Below are positions 36,233 through 47,674 of a stretch of 64,000 nt of DNA, piece by piece. Every line of letters starts with the position of its first letter. The stretch's first letter is position 1. The notes under the pieces were generated by a model. That model searched no databases, was not told the origin of the DNA, and was given only the letters and a program-made list of their open reading frames with translations. A program made the position numbers and the translations under genes. Source of the stretch: Chiloscyllium plagiosum (lineage: Eukaryota); NCBI RefSeq assembly GCF_004010195.1, contig NC_057718.1, positions 19,482,104 through 19,546,103 on the forward strand, written 5' to 3'.

Positions 36233-37527
36233 AGGTAACAATCAGAATTGCCTTCCCTCCCTCCTAACTCAAGGCAAAAGACAAGTATAAGTCAAAAAAA
36301 ACATAGAACTGCAGAGGCTAGAAATGAGAAACAAAAATATGAATTGCTGGTAAAACCCAACAGCTCTGGCAGCATCTGTAGAGATAATGTTTCAGGTCCA
36401 GAAATTCTTCAGCCTAAGCAAAGACCTGGAAACAAAAAGCAATGATTTTAATTGAAAAATGGGGTGCCCAGCAGTGGAGGATAAGGAAGAGATAAAGCAT
36501 ATGATGGAGCTGGGGTCGATGAACCTTCAGAATTGGCTTGGAGTCTCAAGAGATTGGGGATCTATCTCAACAACACTACTGCATACAACCCTGAAGACAA
36601 GGGATATTTTAAAAAAGGATGTTTTTGTCGATTTCTTTGAATGTTGCTCTTTATAAAATAAATAATATCCAAAAAAAATGGAAAAAGGGAAAAAAAAAGT
36701 CTATTTGGCTGGGAGTCAAGCATCTTCCAATTGGGTAATGGGTCTTTCCAATTGACGTCACTCGGCTGGATGTGTTGGTGGATTGATGGCTGGAGCACAG
36801 GACAAGTCATGTGGTGAGAGCTCCAGGAATAGGCTTAATCGCAGTTGGCGACCCTGGACTGAGCAGAAACGAAGAGAGTTATTTTGAGAAACGGTGGCAG
36901 GCACTTTCAGTCAGAGAGACTGAGAATGCAGGCGAGAGAAAATGATCTGAGGACAGGGCTCGAAAGAAAAGACTGGTGTAGGCTTTCAAGTGAACAAGCT
37001 GACATCATGATGTTCTTCTCCTCACAGTGACAACATGAATGGGGATCGCTGCCCACAGACTCTTGAGGGAATTCCTATTTCCCATTCATCACTGCAGCGG
37101 AACCAATGAGGTCACCACAGGGGAGAGTTATACACAGAAGGAAAATTCCAGCTTGGTCTAACCAGCAGCTTTCGAAGATAAAATGAGGAAGGACAGCTGA
37201 TCATCTCGCGCATTAACTCCCCCGCACAATTTTAAACAAATAACGCAAAGCTGTTCTTGTCCAAAATTACTTAATCAGTGAGCCACTCGCAGTGATTAAA
37301 ACAAGAGGAAACATTATATTTGCAGAATGTAGGAAAAAAAACGTGGTATCACATTGGCAGAGTAGCCAAACCCATTCGTACATTACCGAGCTAATTGTTG
37401 CACAGACCCAGGCCACAAGCTGCTAACATGTATTAGAGATGACTAATTAATCCCTTTCGCCATGTCCTTCACTGTCAGCTGAAAACTACTGGACAGTAGT
37501 TCGTTTCCATCCCCCCCACCTCCATTA

Positions 37528-37817
37528 TGGGCACGGTGGCACAGTGGTTAGCACTGTTGCCTCACAGCGCCAGAGACCCGGGTTCAATTCCCGCCTCAGG
37601 CGACTGACTGTGTGGAGTTTGCACGTTCTCCCTGTGCCTGTGTGGGTTTCCTCCGGGTGCTCCGGTTTCCTCCCACAGTCTAAAGATGTGCAGGTCAGGT
37701 GAATTGGCCATGTTAAATTTCCTGTAGTGTTAGGTAAGGGGTATGGGTGGGTTGCGGGTGTGGACTTGTTGGGCCGAAGGGCCTGTTTCCACACTGTAAG
37801 TAATCTAATCTAATCTA
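37528..37817 (+). mobile_element. HE1-like V-SINE, young copy
   Basis: It is near-consensus, retains CpGs (cacggtggc, agcgcc, cccggg, ctccggg) and has a (taatc)n tail. Confidence 0.93.
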
Positions 37818-38061
37818 AACCTGTTCCCTAGCTCTTGTCACATCCCTGATTTTTCTTATATCCACAATGGCACATCAACTACCATGCAAAATCTCTTTCT
37901 CTTCTCAGAAAGAAGCAACTGGGGCTGTTTGCCATTGGTTGAGTTGTTGCCAGTGCACCTTTCCCTGGGACTGTTTTGTGTGTGAGACTTGTAAACTTCT
38001 GTGATGTGTCCCAGCCAGAGGCCTGGTCTGTTCTCCCGTAACACAAACAGAAGTTTTTTGT

Positions 38062-38165
38062 GCACTAAGGAAGGGTTCACCGGACCTGAAACGTTAACTT
38101 TGATTTGTCTCCACAGATGCTGTCAAACCTACTGAGCTTCTCCAGCAATCTCGGTTTTTCTTTTT
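38062..38165 (+). mobile_element. Penelope-derived fragment, third family, with degenerate hammerhead-like motif
   Basis: It reads ctaagga-agggttc-accg-gacct-gaaacgttaac followed by the ctccacagatgctg...ctgagcttctccagca tail. Confidence 0.6.
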
Positions 38166-38361
38166 GTGCATTGTTACTTCTAAAACTAGGAGCTTGTTTC
38201 TTTAACCACACTCCACTCCACGGTGTTAAGGGCAAAATTAAGGCCTATTCTGTGAGGCTGAAGTGGAAAAATTGCTGATCTGAAGACAACCTACAGTCAA
38301 AGTATTGCTCTAATCAGGCTTTGTTCATTGGCAACAATGGGTGTTTTCCTGATGGTGGAGA

Positions 38362-38367
<6 letters not shown>

Positions 38368-38438
<71 letters not shown>
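38368..38438. repeat. Perfect (CA)35 microsatellite
   Basis: Uninterrupted CA run visible directly. Confidence 0.97.
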
Positions 38439-38441
<3 letters not shown>

Positions 38442-41369
38442 GTAGGGGAAAACAAAACCAGGGGATTCAGAATCTCCTCACTTCAGGGACTGACTGGCCA
38501 CAGCCAGTATACTGTGTACATGGAAATGGAGGCTGACTTGGTCACGGTATAGCAGCCTCTGTGTAGTTATAATCAGTGGCGTTGGGACAAAACAGCACTT
38601 GCCTGAAAATTAAACAACCTACAGTCGAGCGAATGTTTGTCATCAATTTGTAAACTGTTCAGAACATTTAATTTCAAACTGAGCTTATTTCTATGTGATT
38701 GTGATTCTCCACTCAGTGATTTAATGCATTGTAGTACCGTGCCCCATCTGGAATGCCCTGTTAATTTATAGACTCTTTCGCACAAAGGAAACTATTTGGT
38801 TCGTTGAGGCAATGCTGGCTCTCTGTAGCACAATCCAGTCTGTTCCATTCCCCCACTCCTCGCAGTAACCCAGCAAGTCTGGTGCCATCAAGCTTCCTTT
38901 CTGAAACAATTGATCACCTCTGTTTCCTCCACTCTCCTAGGCAATGATTTCCAGGTCATCACCATTCACTGCATAAAACAGTTCTTGCTCATATCCAGCA
39001 CTGAATCCCTGCCCAAAACCTTAATTTAAAATTAGAACCAGGACTGTGAACATGGATCTGAGCCGGGTTAAAGAGCTGAAAGCGCTTGGAATGGAGCACT
39101 TCATCTAGACTAAATAAGCCAAACATGAATGCGGCTAAAAGGACAATATTTACTAGAAGTCTAAATGGTATTAAGTCAATAGCTATTCAGAGCTGGCATT
39201 TTACTCAGTACTGGAATGAATATAATCTCTCTGAAAGAATTCTTAAATGGTCCCAGAGATTAACGGCCTGTACACATTCTGCAATGTCAGAGCTGAAAAA
39301 TAATGTGTAAACACAGTGTAATCTAACCTCCTAGAAATGTGCCGTAATTAAGAAAGTATTTGGAGCCTATTTTTACAGTGCTGTAAGAAACTGATTTTGT
39401 GAAAGCATTTCTTTTGACAGCCTCAAGCCATGTTGTAGACACAGCACTTGGAGGATATTGACTTGGCTAGACACCTGCTTTTTGTTTTATATTGAAGATT
39501 TGCACGTGTTTCGTTGACTGGGACCCACTAATGTCCTTTCACGGTTGTAATTAAGGTTTGAAGTCAATAAAACCTTTCCCAGAGTTCACTGGATCCACTC
39601 CTTCTTCTCTTTTCCAGGAGCCTTAAACATGAGCCAAATTCTAAAGCAGCAAATTATTGCTGCCATTTCAAATAGTAACTGACAGAAAGAAAATGGAGAG
39701 GGAAAGGAAAGTGGAGGGGTGGATGTGGTGAACAATTGTTCTGGTCACTGTACAGTGACATGAGGGATATGTTGAAATGGAACATATTTACTGTTTCACC
39801 AGAATAATTAATGATCACAGCCACTCCTTCTCAAACATATTACATTGTGCCAACTGACAAAGGAAATGTTTCTATATCTATAAAATATTACAAATCTTAA
39901 CTCAGACTTTGCTTTAAGAATAAGAGTGGGGCCATCAGCACCCACTGTTATTATGAAGTGAGTTAGACAGCGTCTGCAGTATACAAAATGTGGAAATTAC
40001 TGAGTTGCTGCCTAAATGACCCTGCCCTTTCACTGGCTGTGCTGAATCAGTGCCTTGCCAAGAAACTAAACTGAAACACATGAAAGGTAGGGATCTGTAG
40101 TGTTTAACCCACTCAATATGCACTAAATATGCTCGATAAAATGTGCAAAATTTTAATAGCATGGTAAGTCTTAGTTGATATTGGACAAACAATACAGTGC
40201 TGAACCTTAGCATTTACAAATGTGAGTTCTCATTGTTTCAAATTTGAATTCTTGTTGCAGATCTTTTATGGAAGAGGTTTTACTTCTTGTCTGATTGCTT
40301 TGTTTTGCTGTCTGATCAATTTAAAGTAATTAATCGAGCTCATAGCATAACTCATTTGCACTTGCTTGAAACATGATGGATTTATATAGAGAGACCTATT
40401 CTTTGCAAACAAAGGAATACATTCAAGCCTTGCACGTTTTGATTTAACCATTACTTTGGTGTATACGTTGTTAGTGTGGTAAAGGTGTTGCTAAACGTTT
40501 TTTTTCAAATGTACAAACAACATGCGAAGTCACTGAAATCCAGCTCTGCATTAATGCTACCTAACAAAATCATACTTGAATCTCCTGCCTGTTCCTTGCT
40601 CTAAGTTGAAAGAAAGGCATTTGCCAAGGACATTATTATCATCTCTTTAAAGCATACAACTTTGCGTGTGTTTGATTAATATGTTCATTATCTCCTTTCA
40701 ACCTTTGTTGCTGAAATGTTGCCAAAGCTTTTCTCGCACTGGCCAGGACAGATGCAAGAATTACTAATTTCAAGTAACCACAACTATTTACAGTTCAGAA
40801 GAAACGAGGGCTGATTGCTTGGAAATTGACTCTGACTGGGTCAGGTGTCACCATCGAGAAGTCAAATGCAAAGAGCTAGCAGATTGTTAAAATGAAAACA
40901 AATCTCTCCAACAAGCCTAGGCTCAGCTACCTCTCTATATTCTTACTCAAGATAACCTCTTCTTAGACCGACCTCAATGACAGTATCACAGTGGGGTCTC
41001 CTACCTACACCCTCTGAACTGATTTAATTACTCCACCCCCTCACCTCCATAGTGATTAAATGCCACCCTGGCTATGTTTTCTATTCATTTATAGAATGTG
41101 AGAGTCGTTGAAAGAAATAGCATTTGTTGTGTTCAGCATTTGTTGAATTGAAGGATTACCCTTCTCAGTCTTCACTCCCCAGCAGTGTTTTTGGTTCAAT
41201 GCTAAAGTGCTATGTGCTGCTAGGAAACAACTCGCAGATTTCTCTTGACATAAGGTACAGTGTATGAGACACCACGATAATCATCTCAAAGGCAGTTGAT
41301 CATTAAACATGCATTCATTCATCGGTGCTCCCTCGAAGATAACAAACCCACAGCAATGTCTATCCTGCA

Positions 41370-42155
41370 GCACTTTGGCAGCAAAAGTCAGAAGGAAGAT
41401 TATTATCTGAATGGTTATAAATTAAGGGAGCTGGATGTCATCAACAAGACCTGGGTGTCCTCCCCAAAGTTAAGCATACAGGTGAAGGAGGCAAATGGTA
41501 TATTGGCTCTCACAGTGACAGGTTTCGAGTACAGAAGCAGGGGTGTCTTGCTGCAGTTAGACAGGCACTTGGTGAGACTACACCTGGAATGTTGTTTGCA
41601 GCTTTGCTCTCCTTACCTGAGGGTGTTCTTGCTACACAGAGATTGCAGTGAATTGATGCCTGACACAGTCAGAGTCAATTATGAAATTGATTCCTGGGAT
41701 GGTGGGGCTTTATGTTTAAGGAGAGGTTGAATCAATTAGCTTATGTATTAGTTATATTTACTGGAGTTCAGAAGAATGAAAAGGAATGTTGTAGAAACCC
41801 AATTCTGACAAGACTAGATAGGGTTGATGTTCCTGATGCTTGGGCGTCCAGAATCAGAGGTCATTGTCTAAAGATTCAATGTAAATCATTTAGGACCGAG
41901 ATAAGGACAAATTTCTTCAGCCAAAGAGTGACGAGTCTGTGGAATTCACAACCATAGAAAGTAGTGGAGGGCAAAACATTCTATGATATCAAGAGGGAGT
42001 TGGATAAAGCACTGGGGGCTAAAGGGATCAAAGGATATGGAGTGGAAGCAGGAAGGGGCTACTGAGTTGGATAATTTGCCATGATCATAACGAATATCAA
42101 AGCAGGTTTGAAGGGCCAAATGGCCTATTCCTGATCCTATTTTCTAAGTTTCTAC
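41370..42155 (+). mobile_element. CR1 LINE 3' portion
   Basis: It encodes HFGSKSQKEDYYLNG, GFEYRSRGVLLQL...LVRLHLE and RIRGHCLKI...FFSQRVTSLWNSQP, and ends in a tttcta repeat tail. Confidence 0.9.
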
Positions 42156-43244
42156 ATAAAGCAAACAGCAAAGTGAACAAAGTCTATTTACACAGTGCAT
42201 TTAAAAGTGGTGTCCACAAGCAACAGCAATCAGAAGGCATCTACCAGTTGAAGCAGGGTGAATTCTCCAGCAGTTTTCACAGAGTAGAGAACAGTCACAG
42301 AATAAAACTTACCAGTGTACTTCCACCCTAGTCCCTTCGAATAGCACAGTTTCCTGTGGTGATTGACGGTGAATCTACTCAGTCACCTCTGTTCTGTCTA
42401 GGATTAGTGGTGTCATGAAACACTGTTCAAAATAATACACAGTTCCTTCCTTGTCCGGCCAAAGCTTATTTTGCTGAACACATGTTGAGGAATACAATGA
42501 GGGTTTAATCAAGATTCAAATGTAAAATATCAAAGAATCATAGTCTATACCCATAAATCTCTAATAAATTGAAGAATATCTTGAGCTAATTGATCAGTTA
42601 TATAAATAATGGTAGGCCATCTCTCGTCACTTTCACAGCAACTAATTCTGATTTCAAAATTATATGGCTCCACCAGTCTAAGAACTGTAAAACCTGGTTT
42701 GCTGTTGCTGTTGCAGTTTTAGAAAGCTTTCAGCAGGTTATAAACATATTTCTGAACTTAAAAAGTATTAATTGTCAACAGAACGAGAGGAAAGGTCAGG
42801 AGACATTTCTGACATGGTGTATTGTAATGTTATGGAATATGATGTCTGAAAGGGGAGTAATAGGCAATTTAATCCTCACTTTGAAAGGGAATTGGATGTC
42901 TGGTACGAAAGGAAATGCTTATAGGGCCATGGGAAAGAGCAGACAGTTGCAACATACTAATAGCTTATTCAAAAGTCTGGCACATCAGGCACAATGAGAC
43001 AAAATCAGGTTTCTTTGTGCCTTATATATCTATCTAAAATGTGTACGTTTGGCAAATGAAGATGGAGAAGAGGATGAAGTTAAGGATCATAAGCTTAAAT
43101 CATCACAAAGAGAATGTTCTTGTCCTCCCTTTAAATCAATGGTTTCATGTGTTAGCATTTGAACAAGATGTAGGGAACCTCTAAATAAATCTGAGTCATT
43201 ACACTCAGCAAGGAGTCTCTTCCCCAGTTCCAGTTTCTGTTACT

Positions 43245-43895
43245 TAGAGACATAAAGTTATACAGCATGGAAACAGACTGTGCTGTCCAATTCATCCATG
43301 CTGACCAAGTTTCCCAAACTTAACTAGTCCCACTGGCTCCATTTCACCCATATCTCTCCAAACCTTTCCTATTCATGTACCTGTCCAAATGTCTTTTACA
43401 CATTGAAACTGTACCTGCCATCTACCACTTCCTCTGGCAGATTATTCCACATTTGAACAACACTCTGTATGAAAATGGTGCCCCTTAGGTTCCTTTTAAA
43501 TCTTTCTCCTCTCACCTTAAAAATATACTCCCTAGTTTTAAACTCCCCCACCCTAGGGAAAAAGACCTTTGCTATTCACCTTAGCTATGTCTCTCATGAT
43601 TTTATAAACCTTTATAAGGTCATCCCTTAACTTTCTACGCTCCAGTAAAAAAAAATGCCCCAGACTATTAAGCCTATCCTTCTAACTCAAAGCCTCCAGT
43701 CCTGGCAACATCCTGGCAAATCTTTTCTGAATCCTCTCCAATTTAATAATATCCTGTCTATAGCAGGGGGACCAGAACTGTACATAGTACACCAGAAGAG
43801 GCCTCACCAACATCCTGTACAACTTTAACATGTCATCTCAACTCCTGTACTCAATAGTCTGAACAATGAAGGCAAGCGTGCTAAACACTTTCTTA
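43245..43895 (-). mobile_element. CR1 LINE 3' portion
   Basis: It is a reverse-complement homologue of 1372-1846 and 56677-57231. Confidence 0.88.
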
Positions 43896-44052
43896 ACCTT
43901 CTGAACACCTTCTCAAAGTGATTCATGAGTCATTGTGAGGGAGCTGATCCCAAGCCAATCTCTTTAAAAAAAACGCATCACAAAACATGTCAGAGGAAAA
44001 AAATATGCAACAGATATAGTTCAACCTACACTTTGGTGATCTTACCATGTTG

Positions 44053-44305
44053 TAGAGTCATAGAGTCATAAGAGATGCACAGCATGGAAACAGACCCTTC
44101 GGTTCAACCCGTCCATGCCAACCAGATATCCCAACCCAATCTAGTCCCACCTGCCAGCACCCGGCCCATATCTCTCCGAACCCTTCCTATTCATATACCT
44201 ATCCAAATGCCTCTTAAATGTTGCAATTATACCAGTCTCCACCACATCCTCTGGCAGCTCAACCCACCCTCTGCGTGAAAAAGTTGCCCCTTAGCTCTCT
44301 TTTAC
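44053..44305 (-). mobile_element. CR1 LINE 3' end
   Basis: A (tagagtca)n tail is followed by gagatgcacagcatggaaacagaccctt, as at 58577. Confidence 0.9.
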
Positions 44306-45400
44306 ATGAGTAATTCATTAAACTCAACTTGCACCCCAGACCTTTGTTCATTAAAATCTACAACCAAGTCAATAGCTTTGTTCATTTCTGTACCCAGGTA
44401 CGAATGACAAAAGATGTCAGGTCTTGTACCAGTTCACAGGACAAATCATCCAGGATGGTGCCAATTTACTCAGCAAATTCCTCAAACACCTGTCAACAAA
44501 GCGTAGGTTTCCAGGAATGTGTTTGGAGATATTCCCACATGCATACACAGAAGTGCAGAAGCCGCAGAAGGGGGCCACTGAGGACATGGTGTCAGCTCAG
44601 GCTAATACATGTAGTCTACTGTATATGATCAGAAATGGGAAATATTGCAGCATGCAAATGGCAAGGTGAAAAGGATATTAGTCAATCTAAATAATCATAA
44701 GTATCCATTCGAGAATTGAAAGAGAGCGTGGAAATTAAGTCCAACAGGTCAATGCCTGAGAATCAAAGAATCTTTATGGGGAGATTAAATGACGCAAACC
44801 TAGCCACTTATACCTATAGCCCTGTGACACCCAGAATCCTGCAAAAGGAGATCATTTCACTTATTGTACTTGTCCTGGCTCTTAGAAAAGGCTGTCCAAT
44901 TAAATCATGCCACAATTTCCCCGTAATCCTGGAAATCATAATCATTTTCACATGCAACGAAATATTACTTCTCTAGAGTTTGCATCAAATTACAAAATAA
45001 CGATGCATTCCCACAGTGCGATGATATTATGCTGTGTAAAAATGTAAGCATCAGCTCATCCCTTCCAGCACACAGGATGTCTTTATGCCATGTAAACTCA
45101 ACAAGGCAGGTGCATTTTCTTAATCAAACCCATCAGGAATTTATAACTGGAAAGCATTCCAGGCTCAGTCTATTCCCAGCTCGTGCCCAATGAGTCCGTT
45201 ATTTTTTGGTCTCCTTCAGGTTGACAGCACAGTTCATCGTTTCCCTGGGTGATTGGGTTTGGCAGAATTCTGCCAGTGCTGGATGGATGCACTAACACTA
45301 ACCATGTCTATATCTTTCCATTCTGGCTCCACTCTAGCTCTTACTCAGTATTGGCTTGAGTTAGAGAATTTTGTCCACAAACTTAGGTTCCAATTTTTGA

Positions 45401-45614
45401 AACACAAAGAGGAAATTTTGGAAAACTCAGCAGGTCTGGCAGCATCTGTAGAGAGACAAACAGAATTAAATTTGAGTCCAGTGACCCTTTACCTGAACTC
45501 AACCAGGGAAAGGGTGGTATTTATGTAGGTGCTGCCAGACCTGCTGAGTTTCTCCAGCACTTTCCGCTTGTGCTCTAGACGTCCAGCATCACATTTGTTT
45601 GGTTTTACTGTCAA
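45401..45614. mobile_element. Fold-back Penelope-derived mini-element (third family) with a 12-bp TSD
   Basis: The inverted arms are tggaaaactcagcaggtctggcagcatc (about 45419-45446) and ggtgctgccagacctgctgagtttctcca (about 45528-45556). A perfect direct repeat, tccaatttttga, lies at 45389-45400 and 45615-45626. Confidence 0.75.
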
Positions 45615-46194
45615 TCCAATTTTTGATGTAAGTTAACAGCTCGCGTATTGAAGCCTCCATGCACACTGACAATAGGGAACATGTTAAAGGATAGAGCGTG
45701 AAACTGCTAACATTCGCTCCAAATGATGGACTTGTAGTAAAAGGCAGACTGGCAGAGGATGGGATGTGAGGAACCGTTCAGATCACAGCTTGAACCACTG
45801 TAAAGGAAGCTGTAAGTGAACAAACTTATAAAAAGGGCATATAATTGGCAAATGACTTCTTTTCAAGATGTGACAGTAAAAGATACAAGTTACATTGATT
45901 GGTTTGGCATAATTACAGATTATCAGGAGCTAAAAAGGACATGTCTGTCTTCATCGGGATTGTGTGCTACACTCATTCCTTTCTGCCCAGACTGAATTGC
46001 ATCATCAGACTGGATGGAGCTTAATGCAGTTAAAGCCTAACTCTTTCCACACCATTACCATATAGAGTACTGATGTTACCTGACTTTCAATATTTCCTCA
46101 TGGTTTACTTTATATACCCTGGAGAGAACAAGCATTTTCCCCACAATGACAACTTGCACCTGGAAAATGAAACTTGCCAAGTTGCAGGTAGTTA

Positions 46195-46420
46195 CAGGCT
46201 AATGAATCTGTGGAATTCTGTCCCACCGAAGGCTGTCCAGGCTGAGTCATTAAGTACTTTCAAGACTGAGATTGACAACTTTTTAAATCAGTAGGGGCAT
46301 CGAGGGTGATGGGGAAAAGGCATGCAAGTGCAGTGGAGGATTAGCAGATCAGCCATGACCCCATTGAATGGTGGAGCAGACTCGATGGACTGAACGGCCT
46401 ACTTCAGCTCCAATGTCTTA
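46195..46420 (+). mobile_element. CR1 LINE 3' end
   Basis: It encodes NLWNSVPPKAVQAESLSTFKTEIDNFL and has the agatcagccatga...gaatggtggagcagactcgatgg 3' UTR. Confidence 0.88.
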
Positions 46421-47674
46421 CAGCAGCAAGCTCTTTATTCAATGTTGTGGTGAATTGCCATTCTATTACATCTCAAGCTGATTGGTGGGTGTGATTTTGG
46501 TCTTTCCATGTTGAATATTGTTGCCTCTCTCCTCATGATGCTGAATACTGGTGTCAGTGTTTGTTCAGTACCACTGAGGTGGCAATAAAAACTCAATATC
46601 ACTCAACATCAGAGTCCAATTTAATTGGAGCTAATCTATCAGATAACAGTCAGGAAAGAATTAATGCTGAAATTACACCAGTTTCACCCATTCCATTGGT
46701 GTCATGCACCTTCTGCGGGTGGAGACAATGAGTTCTAGGGGAGCAGGTGTATTCTGTACCACGCCGGAGAGTCCTGAGTAAACTTGCCACATTTATATTG
46801 TAACCTGTACTTATTGACAGTATGCAATAAACCATCGTGTTCACTCGAAGAAATTCCTCTTGTGTTTACACTCACCAGTGGGTCTATCCACTACCAGAGA
46901 TAATTAGACAGACCCTAGATGCAGTACAATGGAGGATCTGGTGAAAGCAGGTTACCTGAGGCAAACTGAAACAGATGGCAGATAGCACAAAGTGCTAATA
47001 GTAACAATGAGGTTAAATATCACAGCTGCACACATATATTTGACAATCACTTCCAGTGCAACATAAATTTATGACCAAAAAGGGCAGGTTTTCACTTTAC
47101 AGGCTCCTGGTGGAGGGTCCAATCAACAGTAGAGCAGCAAAATGGTGTCTTTTGTCCCTAGACACACTTATAAAGAATGACTGTTCGGGTGAGGCGCTGC
47201 AGGGCAGTACATATGGAACAGTAAACCAGCCAAAGTTACCATCTTTAGGAGAAGGGAGAAGAAATTCAGGTGCAAAGCTTTCTTCCATACAAGTGGGGAA
47301 GGGCACCTTCACACAGAAAATATAACATTAGACATTCTTTGAAAATGGCATAATACACAGAAACCCGTTGGTGCCCAAACTGATCGCAAGTAGAGCCTCG
47401 GGTCCTGTTGAATAATTGAGGTGGGCAGTTGCCATGATTCACGCTGGAAGAGGCAGCTTGCCCAGTCTGGGAGTCCCTCCTGTTTCACCAGGAGGAGCCT
47501 GGGTTTCAGTCCCAGGAAAGAGGAAGGAAGTGAGCCAGGGGTAGCGAGGGGGTAGCGAACGGTTAGAGAGGGGGTAGCAAGGGGTTCCAACAACAAATTT
47601 CTGAAATTGTTCCAGAGCTAAGAAGACATATCTCAGCAACAAGATTCATCTTTTCTCCTGGGGACCTCAATAAG

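Noticed and set aside
36752..36760. Perfect CRE palindrome TGACGTCA
   Set aside because: A single 8-mer is expected about once by chance in 64 kb, and it has no supporting context.
37528..37600. tRNA genes at A-box/B-box motifs (also 27281, 28719, 33640)
   Set aside because: These are SINE heads that run into SINE bodies, and I could not fold a complete cloverleaf.
38321..38552. His-Thr repeat ORFs
   Set aside because: They are translations of the (CA)35 microsatellite.
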